64,000 nt of DNA, taken from positions 32,001-96,000 of the IMG/VR virus record IMGVR_UViG_3300009031_000221; one strand, written 5' to 3'. Source of the DNA: a virus. Lineage: Duplodnaviria > Caudoviricetes. A program made the translations under genes and the position numbers. Below the pieces are notes generated by a model that had not been told where the DNA came from, made no database searches, and worked only from the letters and a program-made list of their open reading frames with translations. Of this stretch, positions 47,494 through 57,113 are shown piece after piece (position 1 is the first letter of the stretch; the number at the start of each line of letters is the position of its first letter).

Positions 47494-48144
47494 TTACCCT
47501 ACCTTCGAGAACGAGGGGCCAGTTGACGCCATAGGTCCAGATGCCCCTGTTACAGTACCAGTGCCGAAGGCAGTAAGAACAAGAGCCGCAATACCCATCC
47601 CCAACCCATTAGCCATTCGTATAGCCGCAGCACCGGTCATATTCTGTCCCGCCATTGCTTCTATCAAGGCCTCGATCAAACTCGGAACATTGACCCATAC
47701 AACTTTAGATGTATCCGTTCCCGTACCTACAGTTGGGCATACTCCAGTATAGCCGCCGAACTGTGTAACCACATGTGCAATAGCCAAAGTTACGACTGTC
47801 GAGAGACTAGGAGTCAAAGGCCCGTTGAGCCCCGCCGATTCCATCCCTGCAGTCATCAAAGGGATTACGGGAGCAAGGAACATTCGGGAAGTCCGTTCCA
47901 TTATTGCACCAACTCCCGCTGTCCCTACAGAAACCCCTACTAGGGTCACATTCAAAGGGCTATCAATCCAATCATCTACCGCCCATGCAATTGCCCAAGC
48001 TAATTGATCAAATGCAGGGCCATTGAATGGGAACTCCCCCACATTGCTATACATCTTAAGGGCGGCATAAATAACCCCTACGTTGATGCCTAGGTCTGCA
48101 TGCCCCGATACTATGCCTGGAGATTTGCTAATAGAAATTGCCAT
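47494..48144 (-). CDS. Hydrophobic Gly-rich protein with three internal repeats; candidate spike-tip protein, ~216 aa
   Basis: ATG overlaps the spike TGA (TGATG at 48146-48142); repeats FNGPAFDQLAWAIAWAV / LNGPLTPSLSTVVTLAI / MTGAAAIRMANGLGMGI. Confidence 0.7.
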   Translation of the reverse strand: MAISISKSPGIVSGHADLGINVGVIYAALKMYSNVGEFPFNGPAFDQLAWAIAWAVDDWIDSPLNVTLVGVSVGTAGVGAIMERTSRMFLAPVIPLMTAGMESAGLNGPLTPSLSTVVTLAIAHVVTQFGGYTGVCPTVGTGTDTSKVVWVNVPSLIEALIEAMAGQNMTGAAAIRMANGLGMGIAALVLTAFGTGTVTGASGPMASTGPSFSKVG

Positions 48145-50555
48145 CATATACCCACAATGTGGTTCTTGGCGCCAATTCCCCAAGTCGAAAATGGCAAACC
48201 TGTGAATGGTTCAAGGCTTCCCGCACAAACTATCGGGCCAAGATCAGGCCCAGTAATTGGCGCCCCCAAGTACACCCCGGTAGATCCACGTACCGTTGCC
48301 TGTCCGCCGGCGGCTACTATGGTGACACCGGAGAATCCAGACATTGTCGCAGTACCCGCAGACGCCGTAAGCGTCACGGTGCCTACAGGAGCAAGTGCCG
48401 TCATCCCAGATGAACTTAGGGTCATCTTGCTGGATACGGCTCGAGCCGTCCATGTTCCCGTGTTCGTCTCATAGGTCATGTCCCCAATGAGAATTGAAGT
48501 CTTATGCGAACCCAGCTTGAAGGTTTCCTCCCGGTCACCTTGGTTATACGTCACCTTCTCGCACACGCCAGGGACAGTAGGAGCATAGGTACGTTCATGC
48601 AAAGGGAAATTGGTAGGCAACCCATACTTTGGACCCGTGTAGGATTCCTGTGCCGATGCACTGACAGATTTCTGAAAGTTCTCTGTGGTGATTGATGTCT
48701 TCCGTACACCGGCAATCGCCACTTCCTCATGCCCATTCAACTGAATGGAAGTGGCGTTACCAATAATTTCAGCAGACTTGAGTACAATCTGTCGATTCGC
48801 CCGAACATGGGCATTCGTATTTGCCAGGATGTCTACGGATGGTAGATCCCCTTCCCCATTGCCCGTGCCTGAGATACGTTCCACGGCAGCAGAATTTGTC
48901 TTCGGCGGGCCACCTCCGAAAATGAATACGGAACCCTCGTCCGCCTTCATGTTCAAACTAGACTTGCTACGAGTGACCCATTCGATGTGCCCATCAGAAA
49001 TGAATCGCATACCGCCGCCTAGGGCAATCTGCATTGACCCTGCCATCGCGATTTCAGCGGAATTCCCTCCCCCTGCGATGGAGGCCTTGAGTTGTCCTTG
49101 CTTGTTCACACCCCAGAAGGTTCCGGGGGATTGCGAATTCTGTAGAGGAGGCACCATGCGAAACAACATCGCCAAGTGATCCCCAATAGCCGTTTCTGAA
49201 TCCTGACCAATATTGGCGGCTTCAATCCGAGGAACCGTCCGATCCCCATCAAAGATGTTGGCTACCAAAGGCATCCCGTACTTCTTACGCCCTTCTTGGC
49301 TGAAGGGGTCATTGCCAACAACGGAACCCAGTACCAGTTCAATGAATGGCGTGTTCGTAGCGGACAACCCGGGCTTCCCGAGGGGGTTCGATCCAGGCAA
49401 ACGCTCTGCATCAAACATGTCCGTTTGTTCAGTCACGGGCAACAACCCATCTGAAGTATGGGTCACCTCAATGCGGTACTCCGTGAGTGTGGGGCTCTTA
49501 GGATGCAATGTTGCATTGGCCTTGCTATTTGCAGCAACCCGGAATATAGGCTTGCCTCCATAGATGGAATCAGATTCGTGTTTATTATCAAGTACGAATC
49601 CTGAATCACTAATGAAGCTGCCGCGTGCCAAGAAACTGTAGGGATCAATGTTCCGATCCGTAATGATTGTAGGGCGAGTCATGCCATCGCCCGTGCTATT
49701 ACGAGCTTGAGCACGGGACGGCTTCAGGAATCCCTTCGGGGATCCAGGATCATTTTCCAGGTCGTCATCCGTGAAAGGTTCCCCATTGAATGCCTGCCCG
49801 ATTGCCTCCCAATCCTTGCCGTCCGATACCATCGTTGGGGGCAGGAATGTCGCATCGCGTTGCACCATACCTGCATAGATACGGGCGCCTGCCATTGCAT
49901 GAAACTGCTGAAGGGAACGCAGAATCAATGCCTGATCCTGATCCCTCAACCGAATCTCATTACCACGGCGATTGGAGAGCATTACGCCCTCATCCAACAC
50001 CAAGTCGGATCCTTGTGCGGAACTCGCGACAATATTTCCAGGATGAATGTGCCTTAGTTTATGCCGAATTACATCATGTGCCCCTGAAACCATTGACCGA
50101 GCACGAGGTGTAGTAGTATCGTACTCATCAATATCAAATGCACCCGTAGTAGCCCAGTCTCGACCCGGCCACACACCTGGGATAATCCACGCCAGGATGA
50201 TAGGAGACTTGGTGCCACCGCCTTTCTCGCTACTCTCCTGAGGCATCCATCCGATAATGCATTGATCCCCTATTTGCGGCATTGCCCCGAGGAAGTGCCT
50301 TGCGCCTGCTCCAGGGAAAGTGATAGGCACAGGCACACGTTCATACATCTGTGATGCGCCCATGAGCGTCCGCAGTGTGACGAAATACTCCTCATAGTCT
50401 ACATTGACGACCCTCGCCATACCGAGGCCCCAATTCATATCGGGGCTCATCTGTTCGATGTCCCGTTTGGCCTTCAGTGAGGATGCACGCAATGATCCAC
50501 GATGTACGGACTCGACGGTAGATACCGTCCTACGCCCTTGAGTTCCATCTGCCAT
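48144..50555 (-). CDS. Baseplate central spike (gp5/gpV-like), 803 aa
   Basis: N-terminal OB-fold-like ARVVNVDYEEYFVTLR...GAMPQIGDQCIIGW; C-terminal Ser/Thr/Gly-rich beta-solenoid repeats; follows the hub with TAATG overlap. Confidence 0.85.
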   Translation of the reverse strand: MADGTQGRRTVSTVESVHRGSLRASSLKAKRDIEQMSPDMNWGLGMARVVNVDYEEYFVTLRTLMGASQMYERVPVPITFPGAGARHFLGAMPQIGDQCIIGWMPQESSEKGGGTKSPIILAWIIPGVWPGRDWATTGAFDIDEYDTTTPRARSMVSGAHDVIRHKLRHIHPGNIVASSAQGSDLVLDEGVMLSNRRGNEIRLRDQDQALILRSLQQFHAMAGARIYAGMVQRDATFLPPTMVSDGKDWEAIGQAFNGEPFTDDDLENDPGSPKGFLKPSRAQARNSTGDGMTRPTIITDRNIDPYSFLARGSFISDSGFVLDNKHESDSIYGGKPIFRVAANSKANATLHPKSPTLTEYRIEVTHTSDGLLPVTEQTDMFDAERLPGSNPLGKPGLSATNTPFIELVLGSVVGNDPFSQEGRKKYGMPLVANIFDGDRTVPRIEAANIGQDSETAIGDHLAMLFRMVPPLQNSQSPGTFWGVNKQGQLKASIAGGGNSAEIAMAGSMQIALGGGMRFISDGHIEWVTRSKSSLNMKADEGSVFIFGGGPPKTNSAAVERISGTGNGEGDLPSVDILANTNAHVRANRQIVLKSAEIIGNATSIQLNGHEEVAIAGVRKTSITTENFQKSVSASAQESYTGPKYGLPTNFPLHERTYAPTVPGVCEKVTYNQGDREETFKLGSHKTSILIGDMTYETNTGTWTARAVSSKMTLSSSGMTALAPVGTVTLTASAGTATMSGFSGVTIVAAGGQATVRGSTGVYLGAPITGPDLGPIVCAGSLEPFTGLPFSTWGIGAKNHIVGI

Positions 50556-53500
50556 TACAATAACTCCTTAGGTAACGGTTTCCCTGGATTTAGAAGCTGA
50601 AACTTCAATGCCGCAGTCTGTTTGGTTGCGGCATCAAATGCTGCCTGCTTATCCTTCGTCGCCTGATCGGTACCTCGATCATGATCCATGAGGGAACCGA
50701 CGGCGGAATTCACCGAACTGATGAAGCTTGTAGGAGGCTCTGGTACCGATCCTCGCAACGCTGCCTGCGATTGAGTCCAAGGGATGGCAACCCGTGCCGT
50801 CACATCCTTGATCCACTGAATAGTCTTATCCTGACCAGATTCCGCCGACCCCTTCACTGCCGGGATCCCCGCTTGCGTGAATTGCACAAAGTTCTGTTCG
50901 CCCGCAATGTCCAGCAACACATCGGCTTCCGCAGCCTTGCATGAGCAGAAATCCCTTGACGTATGGGGCGCTAAATCGGCCAATGAAAACGCGGCGTTGT
51001 TGATCGGCAGCTTCTGAATGCCATCCTTCCCCTTGTCCGCCATCCAGTTATTCAGGTTTGATTCCAAAAGATTGCCATTCATTTTGGCAACCCCATGATC
51101 AATCATATCCTGATTTGACCAGTTCTTCCGAATTGCCGCAAACAGCTTCTTTTCAGTTTCCGCCGTAAGCCCGTTACCAAGTTTTTCTAACAGGAATTGC
51201 TCTACCAAATCCTTGTCCAACATAGACAATACGTCCTGACTGTGAAGTACGTCGAACACACCATCAGGGTCAATATCTACGTCCCTTCCATAACGATATG
51301 ACCCGACAACTTGGTACCCACGTGAGTCAGATACAGGGAACACAGGACTAACAATGGGGTGCTGAGCTTTGCCTATCGTGGCACTCGTCTCCGTCTCACT
51401 AGGTGTCGTATCAATACCCATCGTTCCCATAAGTGCCGCCACAAAAGCCGAATCGATAGCATTTGCATCTGCATCTGGGATGTCATTCGCCTTGAGGGAC
51501 GACCGCCACGTAATCTCCGCTGCCCGAATACTATCGAACTTGCCGCTCCCGTATTGACCTGCTAATTCCTTCCACATGCTAGTCAATTTGATAATATCCG
51601 ATTCAGGGAAAGCGAGAGGTTTTGGATATGCTTCTGCGGTATCTGAGAACTGAAAGCTATTCATTGGGACGGAGGTCAATATCTGCGATCCTTTGATTGT
51701 GACCATGACCGGAGGGTTTGCCGCAGGGAAATTTGGGATCTCGGTTTTCCAATTAGGCACAGCACGCCGAGCTACCTGCACAGCACTTTGAATGAATACG
51801 TCAATACTGTCATTCCATCCTGCCAGCGCATCCTGGATGCTAGATGCTGGAGAGGGGGTGCCAACGCCATCATCATTCTGTGCGGCTAATTCAAATGCGT
51901 TACGGACACTTCCGTTCATGTTGTATCGCACTACTCGTTTATTGACGCTACTCTGCTTTTCCCCCAATACCAAATGAGTCGCAAACATCATTTCCCGAAT
52001 TTCCGACGTTGGGAGGATCTCTCCCTCACGGAAATTCGGATTACTCGTCAGCACCTTGATACCCAGCTTGGGTTTCTTGGATACCAGTTGAGCTTCAGGT
52101 TTTGGAGCGCCCGGTGGGGCCTTGATGAATTGGTCTAGAGTGTACTGAGGCACATCCTTCCTAGACCACAAAGGTTCCAAAAATGAGGTCGTTGTTACTT
52201 GCCTCTTGCCATTCGTATCCGCTTTGTCCTTCCGAGTATTAATGGTCAACAATCGTTGACCCTGTTGGTCAGGATCCGGGTGTGCCGATGAATAATACCG
52301 GTACGCCCCAGGCAACGAACCATTTGAGAATATAGCCTTCTTGTCTGACAGCATGTCCAAAACGGTGATAGCGGAATTTGGATCCCCGCTATATCGGCTT
52401 TGGAAATGTTCGGGCTTCAAGAATTGCTTGCGGATCTCCCCAAGCAATGCCTGAAGGCTCGCGATCAGGTTAGCCTCATGCGGAGACTGCCCCTTGCCCT
52501 TCCCCATCAGACTTGCCGTATCCGCTTCCTGCGTTGCCTTAAGTTGTGCCGCTAATTCTTTAGCCTTGTCATTGAGTTTGACAGCCTTCGCATCCGTCGC
52601 CCCGTTTTTCTTGGCGTTCGCCGCTTTCTGTGCAGCGGCGGCAGCTTGTTGAGCTTTCAATCCGGCTTTGCCTACCTTGGCCTCCGCAGTCAATGCCTTC
52701 TTCTGGAGTTTCACGAAAGCATTAGCTGCTTCCTTGAAATCGACAATGGTATTCCCGCTCTTTGATACCTTGGCAGGGGATCCCACTATCGGAGGAGAGT
52801 TCGAGGTCTTGAGATAGAACATGGTTTCCGCATGATCCCCTGTCACCATTCGATAGTAAGGCCCCGGTTTCTCAGGATCCTGATCAGGTGCTAGAACGGG
52901 TTTGACTATCCCCAATTGCATAGCCTGTTCCATAATCCCTTCTTGTACATCGTCATCATCAATATGGGCTACATCAACGCCAACGATAAAGAACATGGGG
53001 TCAAGTTTCGTAGGGTCCAGTGCCATCACAACATTCGGGAACCCTGACAAACGGGGATTTCCAGCATTATCCAGAACCTGCAAAGGCTTCTCGGGCAATC
53101 CAGGTTCTCCTAACTGAATACCCGAAATCCCCTTGGTCTTCGGTTGACCCGGGGCAAAGAACTTGGACCGCTTGGCGATAAGCTGCAATGACGTCGTGCA
53201 GCTTCCACCCACGCTGAAGCTATGTGCAAACGAATTGCAATAATAGTAGGCATCAATGTAAGGGATGTAGACAGGATACCCGGGCCTCAATTCAGGGCGA
53301 AGCGGAATCGTAGCGGAAGCGGACTTTGTAGGGGCATTCAGAATGTCCAACCGGTTGACCCCCGCAAGGAACATGCTCTTTGGGTCCGTAAAGTACGATG
53401 TCTCCAAATCCGCAGGGCGCCATCCGTACTGAGCAACTAAGCGGAAGTCGATGTATTGGCCCATCGAACCCATCTCATTGTCGGTCCCCGTCCCCTTGAG

Positions 53501-55594
53501 GTTGGCTGCCAATGAGCTACCTTTGCACGTGATATAAGTTGCCTGAGGCTCCTTGTCCTCAAAGTTGAAACTGATAATGTCAATTTCCTCGAGGCGATAG
53601 ACCCGGGAGCTAGACGTATCCAGATTGTACATGGGGGGTTTGAATACGAAGTCCCCATCCACGTCTTGATAGAATTCAAACCCTGTTACTTGGCATACCT
53701 TTACCGCCACGTCATGCTTGGATTCATAGGTGGATTCGAATAACTGAACGCCCCCCCATTGCCCGATGTCCGATACGAATGCGATCATTTCAGGCATTGA
53801 AAGGTCAAATTGCGGGGTATTGGAATTCTTATTGATCTTCCCTGCGACATTCTGTGTCCAAAGCAATGCCTCTAACTTCCGTTTATTCCACAGGCCAACT
53901 GCCATTGCCTGACTAAGGATGCTTTTCCCCTTCGCCACAGAACCATTGAACCGACCACTAAGCAAAGCTAGGAGGCTGTCACTGGATTGCTTAGCCAGGA
54001 ATGTTGCCTGGGCGGTATTGAACAATTCCCCTGTCGCCCCGTGCATCCGCAACTTGATGTCCCGAGTATTGAAACGCTTCTGCCAATACTTGATGTTCAG
54101 GGAGTAAAGGGTTTCACCTGTGAGGCTGCTCCGTGCATCCTGATTGGTCTTCTGACTGATTGCCCATGCCACACCGCCGGCGGCGCCCGCCGTATCGTTG
54201 TGCAGGTTGTAGATGATTTCGTATGGATGCTTCCCGGTGAAGTTGTTGCCTACAAGCGAAGGCTTGTTGCCCGTATTCTTGACTGTGCCGAAGATTGCAG
54301 CATTCGTGCTCATCCGGTGGTATTCCCAGAAGTGCAACATCGACATGCACTGTACGGATGCAGTCTGGACACCGCCTGAATAGGAATGCGTAACCTGAGT
54401 CACAACCCCGTGGAACACATGATAGTATGGGTAGGCAAGGATGTTATCAATGTCATACCCGTCCAAACCCATATCCTGAAGTGCCGATGTCCCTTGTGAA
54501 TTTGTTGAAGCAGCATAGGCAGGATCAGTTGTTCCTGGATCCTTTGTGTTCAGGGTCGAAGGTGTAGCCACCGGAGGCATGTTCTTTTCCTCTGCCAACA
54601 CCTTATGATTCAACTTTGAATCACTCCAAGCACTTCCAAATAACTCCGTGCCGTGCTTAGCCCGCCCCTCCACATTCTTGCCGTTACCTCCAGCACCCGC
54701 ACCCGAGAAGTACATTGCCCGAAAACAATCATCAGCGGTGGCATTTTGGGAGACCCCTCGATTATGAACCGTGCCCTTCTTCATCGCCAACAACACCCTT
54801 GCAATATTGGTTTCCGGGTCTTGGGCGTTGTAATAAGTATCCGGGTTGTCCTTCGCCATTTTGGCACTGCCCGCCGTCTTATTATCCATGAAGTTCGGAG
54901 TTGGAGTTCCAATAGCATCCGCAAATCGATTCAATTGGAACAACCCGTAAGCAACCCCATTTGGCGTTTTCTTTGGATCCGTCCCTGGATTAATGGCATT
55001 CGGATTCAGGTTGCTTTCAAAAGATGCCTGATCCATAGCGGCTAATGCCATAGCAGGAGTCATCCCGCCTTCACGAAACCGAGCATAGATCAACTCCGCG
55101 CTCTGCCTACGCCCATCCTTGAAATGAGCCCGGTCCATCAATTTACTAATTGTCGGAGGAATCTTTCCGGTTACAGATCCAATATTGGTTGTTTCAGATC
55201 CTGACTTGACAGATCCCCCAAACTGGACATTCTCTTGCTGCGTTGTGGGCTTGCCCAGATTCGAGTACATCCCCTTCACCGGGAAATACCCTCGCATGTA
55301 AATGTGTACCTCAAGCCCCGACCGGAGAATGAACTGTGCATCCCGCACAAACGATTGCTGATGATGCGATGGGAGGGACAAGGAGAAACTTGCGGAGGCG
55401 CTTCCAGGTTCTACCCCCGCATCTACGGACACCTCCGTGATGAATCGTTGGATGTCAATACGGCTATTGCACTTCTGACATCCAGGAAGAGACAAGTCCC
55501 CATTAATATACACGAGTGCATCTGGAGTATGTTGCACAAGCTTCTGTGCATTCATCTTCCATGTGCCAGCAAATGGGCGATTCTCAATACTCAT
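50555..55594 (-). CDS. Baseplate hub protein (gp27/Mu gp44-like) with inserted lysozyme-like/transglycosylase domain and long C-terminal extension, ~1679 aa
   Basis: Start moved to ATG 55594 (GAGGGG RBS, TGA-t-ATG coupling); hub motifs YHVFHGVVTQVTHSY, FEFYQDVDGDFVFKPPMY, IPLRPELRPGYPVYI; lytic motif FESNLNPNA...YGLFQL...DPETNI. Confidence 0.85.
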   Translation of the reverse strand: MSIENRPFAGTWKMNAQKLVQHTPDALVYINGDLSLPGCQKCNSRIDIQRFITEVSVDAGVEPGSASASFSLSLPSHHQQSFVRDAQFILRSGLEVHIYMRGYFPVKGMYSNLGKPTTQQENVQFGGSVKSGSETTNIGSVTGKIPPTISKLMDRAHFKDGRRQSAELIYARFREGGMTPAMALAAMDQASFESNLNPNAINPGTDPKKTPNGVAYGLFQLNRFADAIGTPTPNFMDNKTAGSAKMAKDNPDTYYNAQDPETNIARVLLAMKKGTVHNRGVSQNATADDCFRAMYFSGAGAGGNGKNVEGRAKHGTELFGSAWSDSKLNHKVLAEEKNMPPVATPSTLNTKDPGTTDPAYAASTNSQGTSALQDMGLDGYDIDNILAYPYYHVFHGVVTQVTHSYSGGVQTASVQCMSMLHFWEYHRMSTNAAIFGTVKNTGNKPSLVGNNFTGKHPYEIIYNLHNDTAGAAGGVAWAISQKTNQDARSSLTGETLYSLNIKYWQKRFNTRDIKLRMHGATGELFNTAQATFLAKQSSDSLLALLSGRFNGSVAKGKSILSQAMAVGLWNKRKLEALLWTQNVAGKINKNSNTPQFDLSMPEMIAFVSDIGQWGGVQLFESTYESKHDVAVKVCQVTGFEFYQDVDGDFVFKPPMYNLDTSSSRVYRLEEIDIISFNFEDKEPQATYITCKGSSLAANLKGTGTDNEMGSMGQYIDFRLVAQYGWRPADLETSYFTDPKSMFLAGVNRLDILNAPTKSASATIPLRPELRPGYPVYIPYIDAYYYCNSFAHSFSVGGSCTTSLQLIAKRSKFFAPGQPKTKGISGIQLGEPGLPEKPLQVLDNAGNPRLSGFPNVVMALDPTKLDPMFFIVGVDVAHIDDDDVQEGIMEQAMQLGIVKPVLAPDQDPEKPGPYYRMVTGDHAETMFYLKTSNSPPIVGSPAKVSKSGNTIVDFKEAANAFVKLQKKALTAEAKVGKAGLKAQQAAAAAQKAANAKKNGATDAKAVKLNDKAKELAAQLKATQEADTASLMGKGKGQSPHEANLIASLQALLGEIRKQFLKPEHFQSRYSGDPNSAITVLDMLSDKKAIFSNGSLPGAYRYYSSAHPDPDQQGQRLLTINTRKDKADTNGKRQVTTTSFLEPLWSRKDVPQYTLDQFIKAPPGAPKPEAQLVSKKPKLGIKVLTSNPNFREGEILPTSEIREMMFATHLVLGEKQSSVNKRVVRYNMNGSVRNAFELAAQNDDGVGTPSPASSIQDALAGWNDSIDVFIQSAVQVARRAVPNWKTEIPNFPAANPPVMVTIKGSQILTSVPMNSFQFSDTAEAYPKPLAFPESDIIKLTSMWKELAGQYGSGKFDSIRAAEITWRSSLKANDIPDADANAIDSAFVAALMGTMGIDTTPSETETSATIGKAQHPIVSPVFPVSDSRGYQVVGSYRYGRDVDIDPDGVFDVLHSQDVLSMLDKDLVEQFLLEKLGNGLTAETEKKLFAAIRKNWSNQDMIDHGVAKMNGNLLESNLNNWMADKGKDGIQKLPINNAAFSLADLAPHTSRDFCSCKAAEADVLLDIAGEQNFVQFTQAGIPAVKGSAESGQDKTIQWIKDVTARVAIPWTQSQAALRGSVPEPPTSFISSVNSAVGSLMDHDRGTDQATKDKQAAFDAATKQTAALKFQLLNPGKPLPKELL

Positions 55595-55595
55595 A

Positions 55596-57113
55596 TCACG
55601 CCCCTCTGAATGGTTCAACTAGATTAGGAGTCTGGATGTTAACCGCCCTTTGACCCGGCAGGACTGCCTCTACAGCCTGAGGCTGGAAGCCGCCGGTACT
55701 GCCACCTGGAGGGGCATTAGGCAATCCGTTCGTTGTACCCAATGATGTAGTCTGAGGCGTATGAAAGCCCGGCACAAACACTTGGACGGCGTTCTGGGGC
55801 ACTAGCGTTCCAAATGCATCCCCTACACCCACAGCCCGCCCTTGCGTCGATAGACCCTTCGCACCCAAGGCAAACTCCCCCGTAGGATTCCTAGCCCGAT
55901 TGATCATTCCCTGATACCGTGGGTCACTCAAACTTGGGATCGGAGACTTCATCGGAGTCACAGCCATGACCTGTTGCGAGGTATCCACAATCGAGGATGC
56001 CGTGAACTCGATAGAGAACTCGATTCCACCGTGCATGTGTTCCTCATCAAATGTCCAAGTGAATGATTCCATGTGCCCAAAGTAAATCCACCCATCATAG
56101 TGAATAGACAACGCCCCTACTAGATGATGAGCGTTGGATTTCCCTACCGTGTCATAGATATACCCATTGTTCCGGTAGAACTGGAAAGCGTTCATCAGAT
56201 TCTGCCATGCCAGAGAATCCCGTTTGCTCCCGGCATGCACACCACGACCGCCTGATACGAAAGCACCGCAACGAGCCGTAATAGACAACTTGGGTTGATC
56301 ATTGCCCCATGCATGGTAGATGAATCCGTGGCGTGAACGATCCGAGTATTGAGCCACCTTGCTACGATTGATGGACATAGTTGTCGGGTTGATAAGCAAT
56401 ACCAAAGGAGGGACTTTTGCAATCGCAGCCAACTGCATGGCAATGTCTACCGCGGTGTAAACATCTGCGATGGCTGGTTGTCCTATGTTACCCTGACTGT
56501 CAGATTTATCCCCGGTCGGCAAGGTATTCTTCTGAGCCCCTTTGCTATTCCGGGTAATCGTTTCTTCTACCGAAGCATTGTTTCCGCTCAATCCCGACAA
56601 TTTCGACTGCTGCAACGCTCGCCTTGCCATATCATAATTGGTAAGGCTTGTCCCGGCGCTTGCGGAGAAGTCCGTTGCGGTCGAATTGGTTTGCTTGTTC
56701 TGGAACCCGCCATTTTCCCCATAGACCAACGGGGGTTCTACCCGAATCATGAATGGGGACAGATTTCGCAGCAATGAATTGGACAGTTCAACTTGAGGTA
56801 CCGGAGATGCCTCAAGTTCGATAGACATCCCCACGCCTACCTGCAGTCCGATGTATTCCTTTGGAGATGGGGGGCTCGATACAGATTGTGCCATCACCTG
56901 GGAGTCATCGAATTCCGGGGCAGGACGGGCAACGGGTTTATCCATCTTGGGAGGATCTGGCGTCGAAACAGGTACCACAGCCTGAACTTCCTCAGCCTTA
57001 CCCTTGGAAGGGGTTTTAGGCCCCGCCCTCTGGGGGATAGGAGGGCCTTGGAACTGTGTTGTCTGCAGCATTTGCAGCGCCAAAGCCGTATAAGGGACAA
57101 ATCCATCAGCCAT
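55596..57113 (-). CDS. Tube-initiator/baseplate-tube junction protein (gp48/gp54- or CIS-tube-like) with disordered N-terminus, 505 aa
   Basis: LVLLINPTTMSINRSK...HAWGNDQPKLSITARCG...IYFGHMESFTWT...FSIEF; paralogous to 57113..57808. Confidence 0.7.
   Translation of the reverse strand: MADGFVPYTALALQMLQTTQFQGPPIPQRAGPKTPSKGKAEEVQAVVPVSTPDPPKMDKPVARPAPEFDDSQVMAQSVSSPPSPKEYIGLQVGVGMSIELEASPVPQVELSNSLLRNLSPFMIRVEPPLVYGENGGFQNKQTNSTATDFSASAGTSLTNYDMARRALQQSKLSGLSGNNASVEETITRNSKGAQKNTLPTGDKSDSQGNIGQPAIADVYTAVDIAMQLAAIAKVPPLVLLINPTTMSINRSKVAQYSDRSRHGFIYHAWGNDQPKLSITARCGAFVSGGRGVHAGSKRDSLAWQNLMNAFQFYRNNGYIYDTVGKSNAHHLVGALSIHYDGWIYFGHMESFTWTFDEEHMHGGIEFSIEFTASSIVDTSQQVMAVTPMKSPIPSLSDPRYQGMINRARNPTGEFALGAKGLSTQGRAVGVGDAFGTLVPQNAVQVFVPGFHTPQTTSLGTTNGLPNAPPGGSTGGFQPQAVEAVLPGQRAVNIQTPNLVEPFRGA

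Noticed and set aside
55595-55618. ORF-track starts at 55618, 48183, 5683 and 4906
   Set aside because: Downstream ATGs (55594, 48144, 5743, 4912) have better RBS spacing or stop-start coupling.
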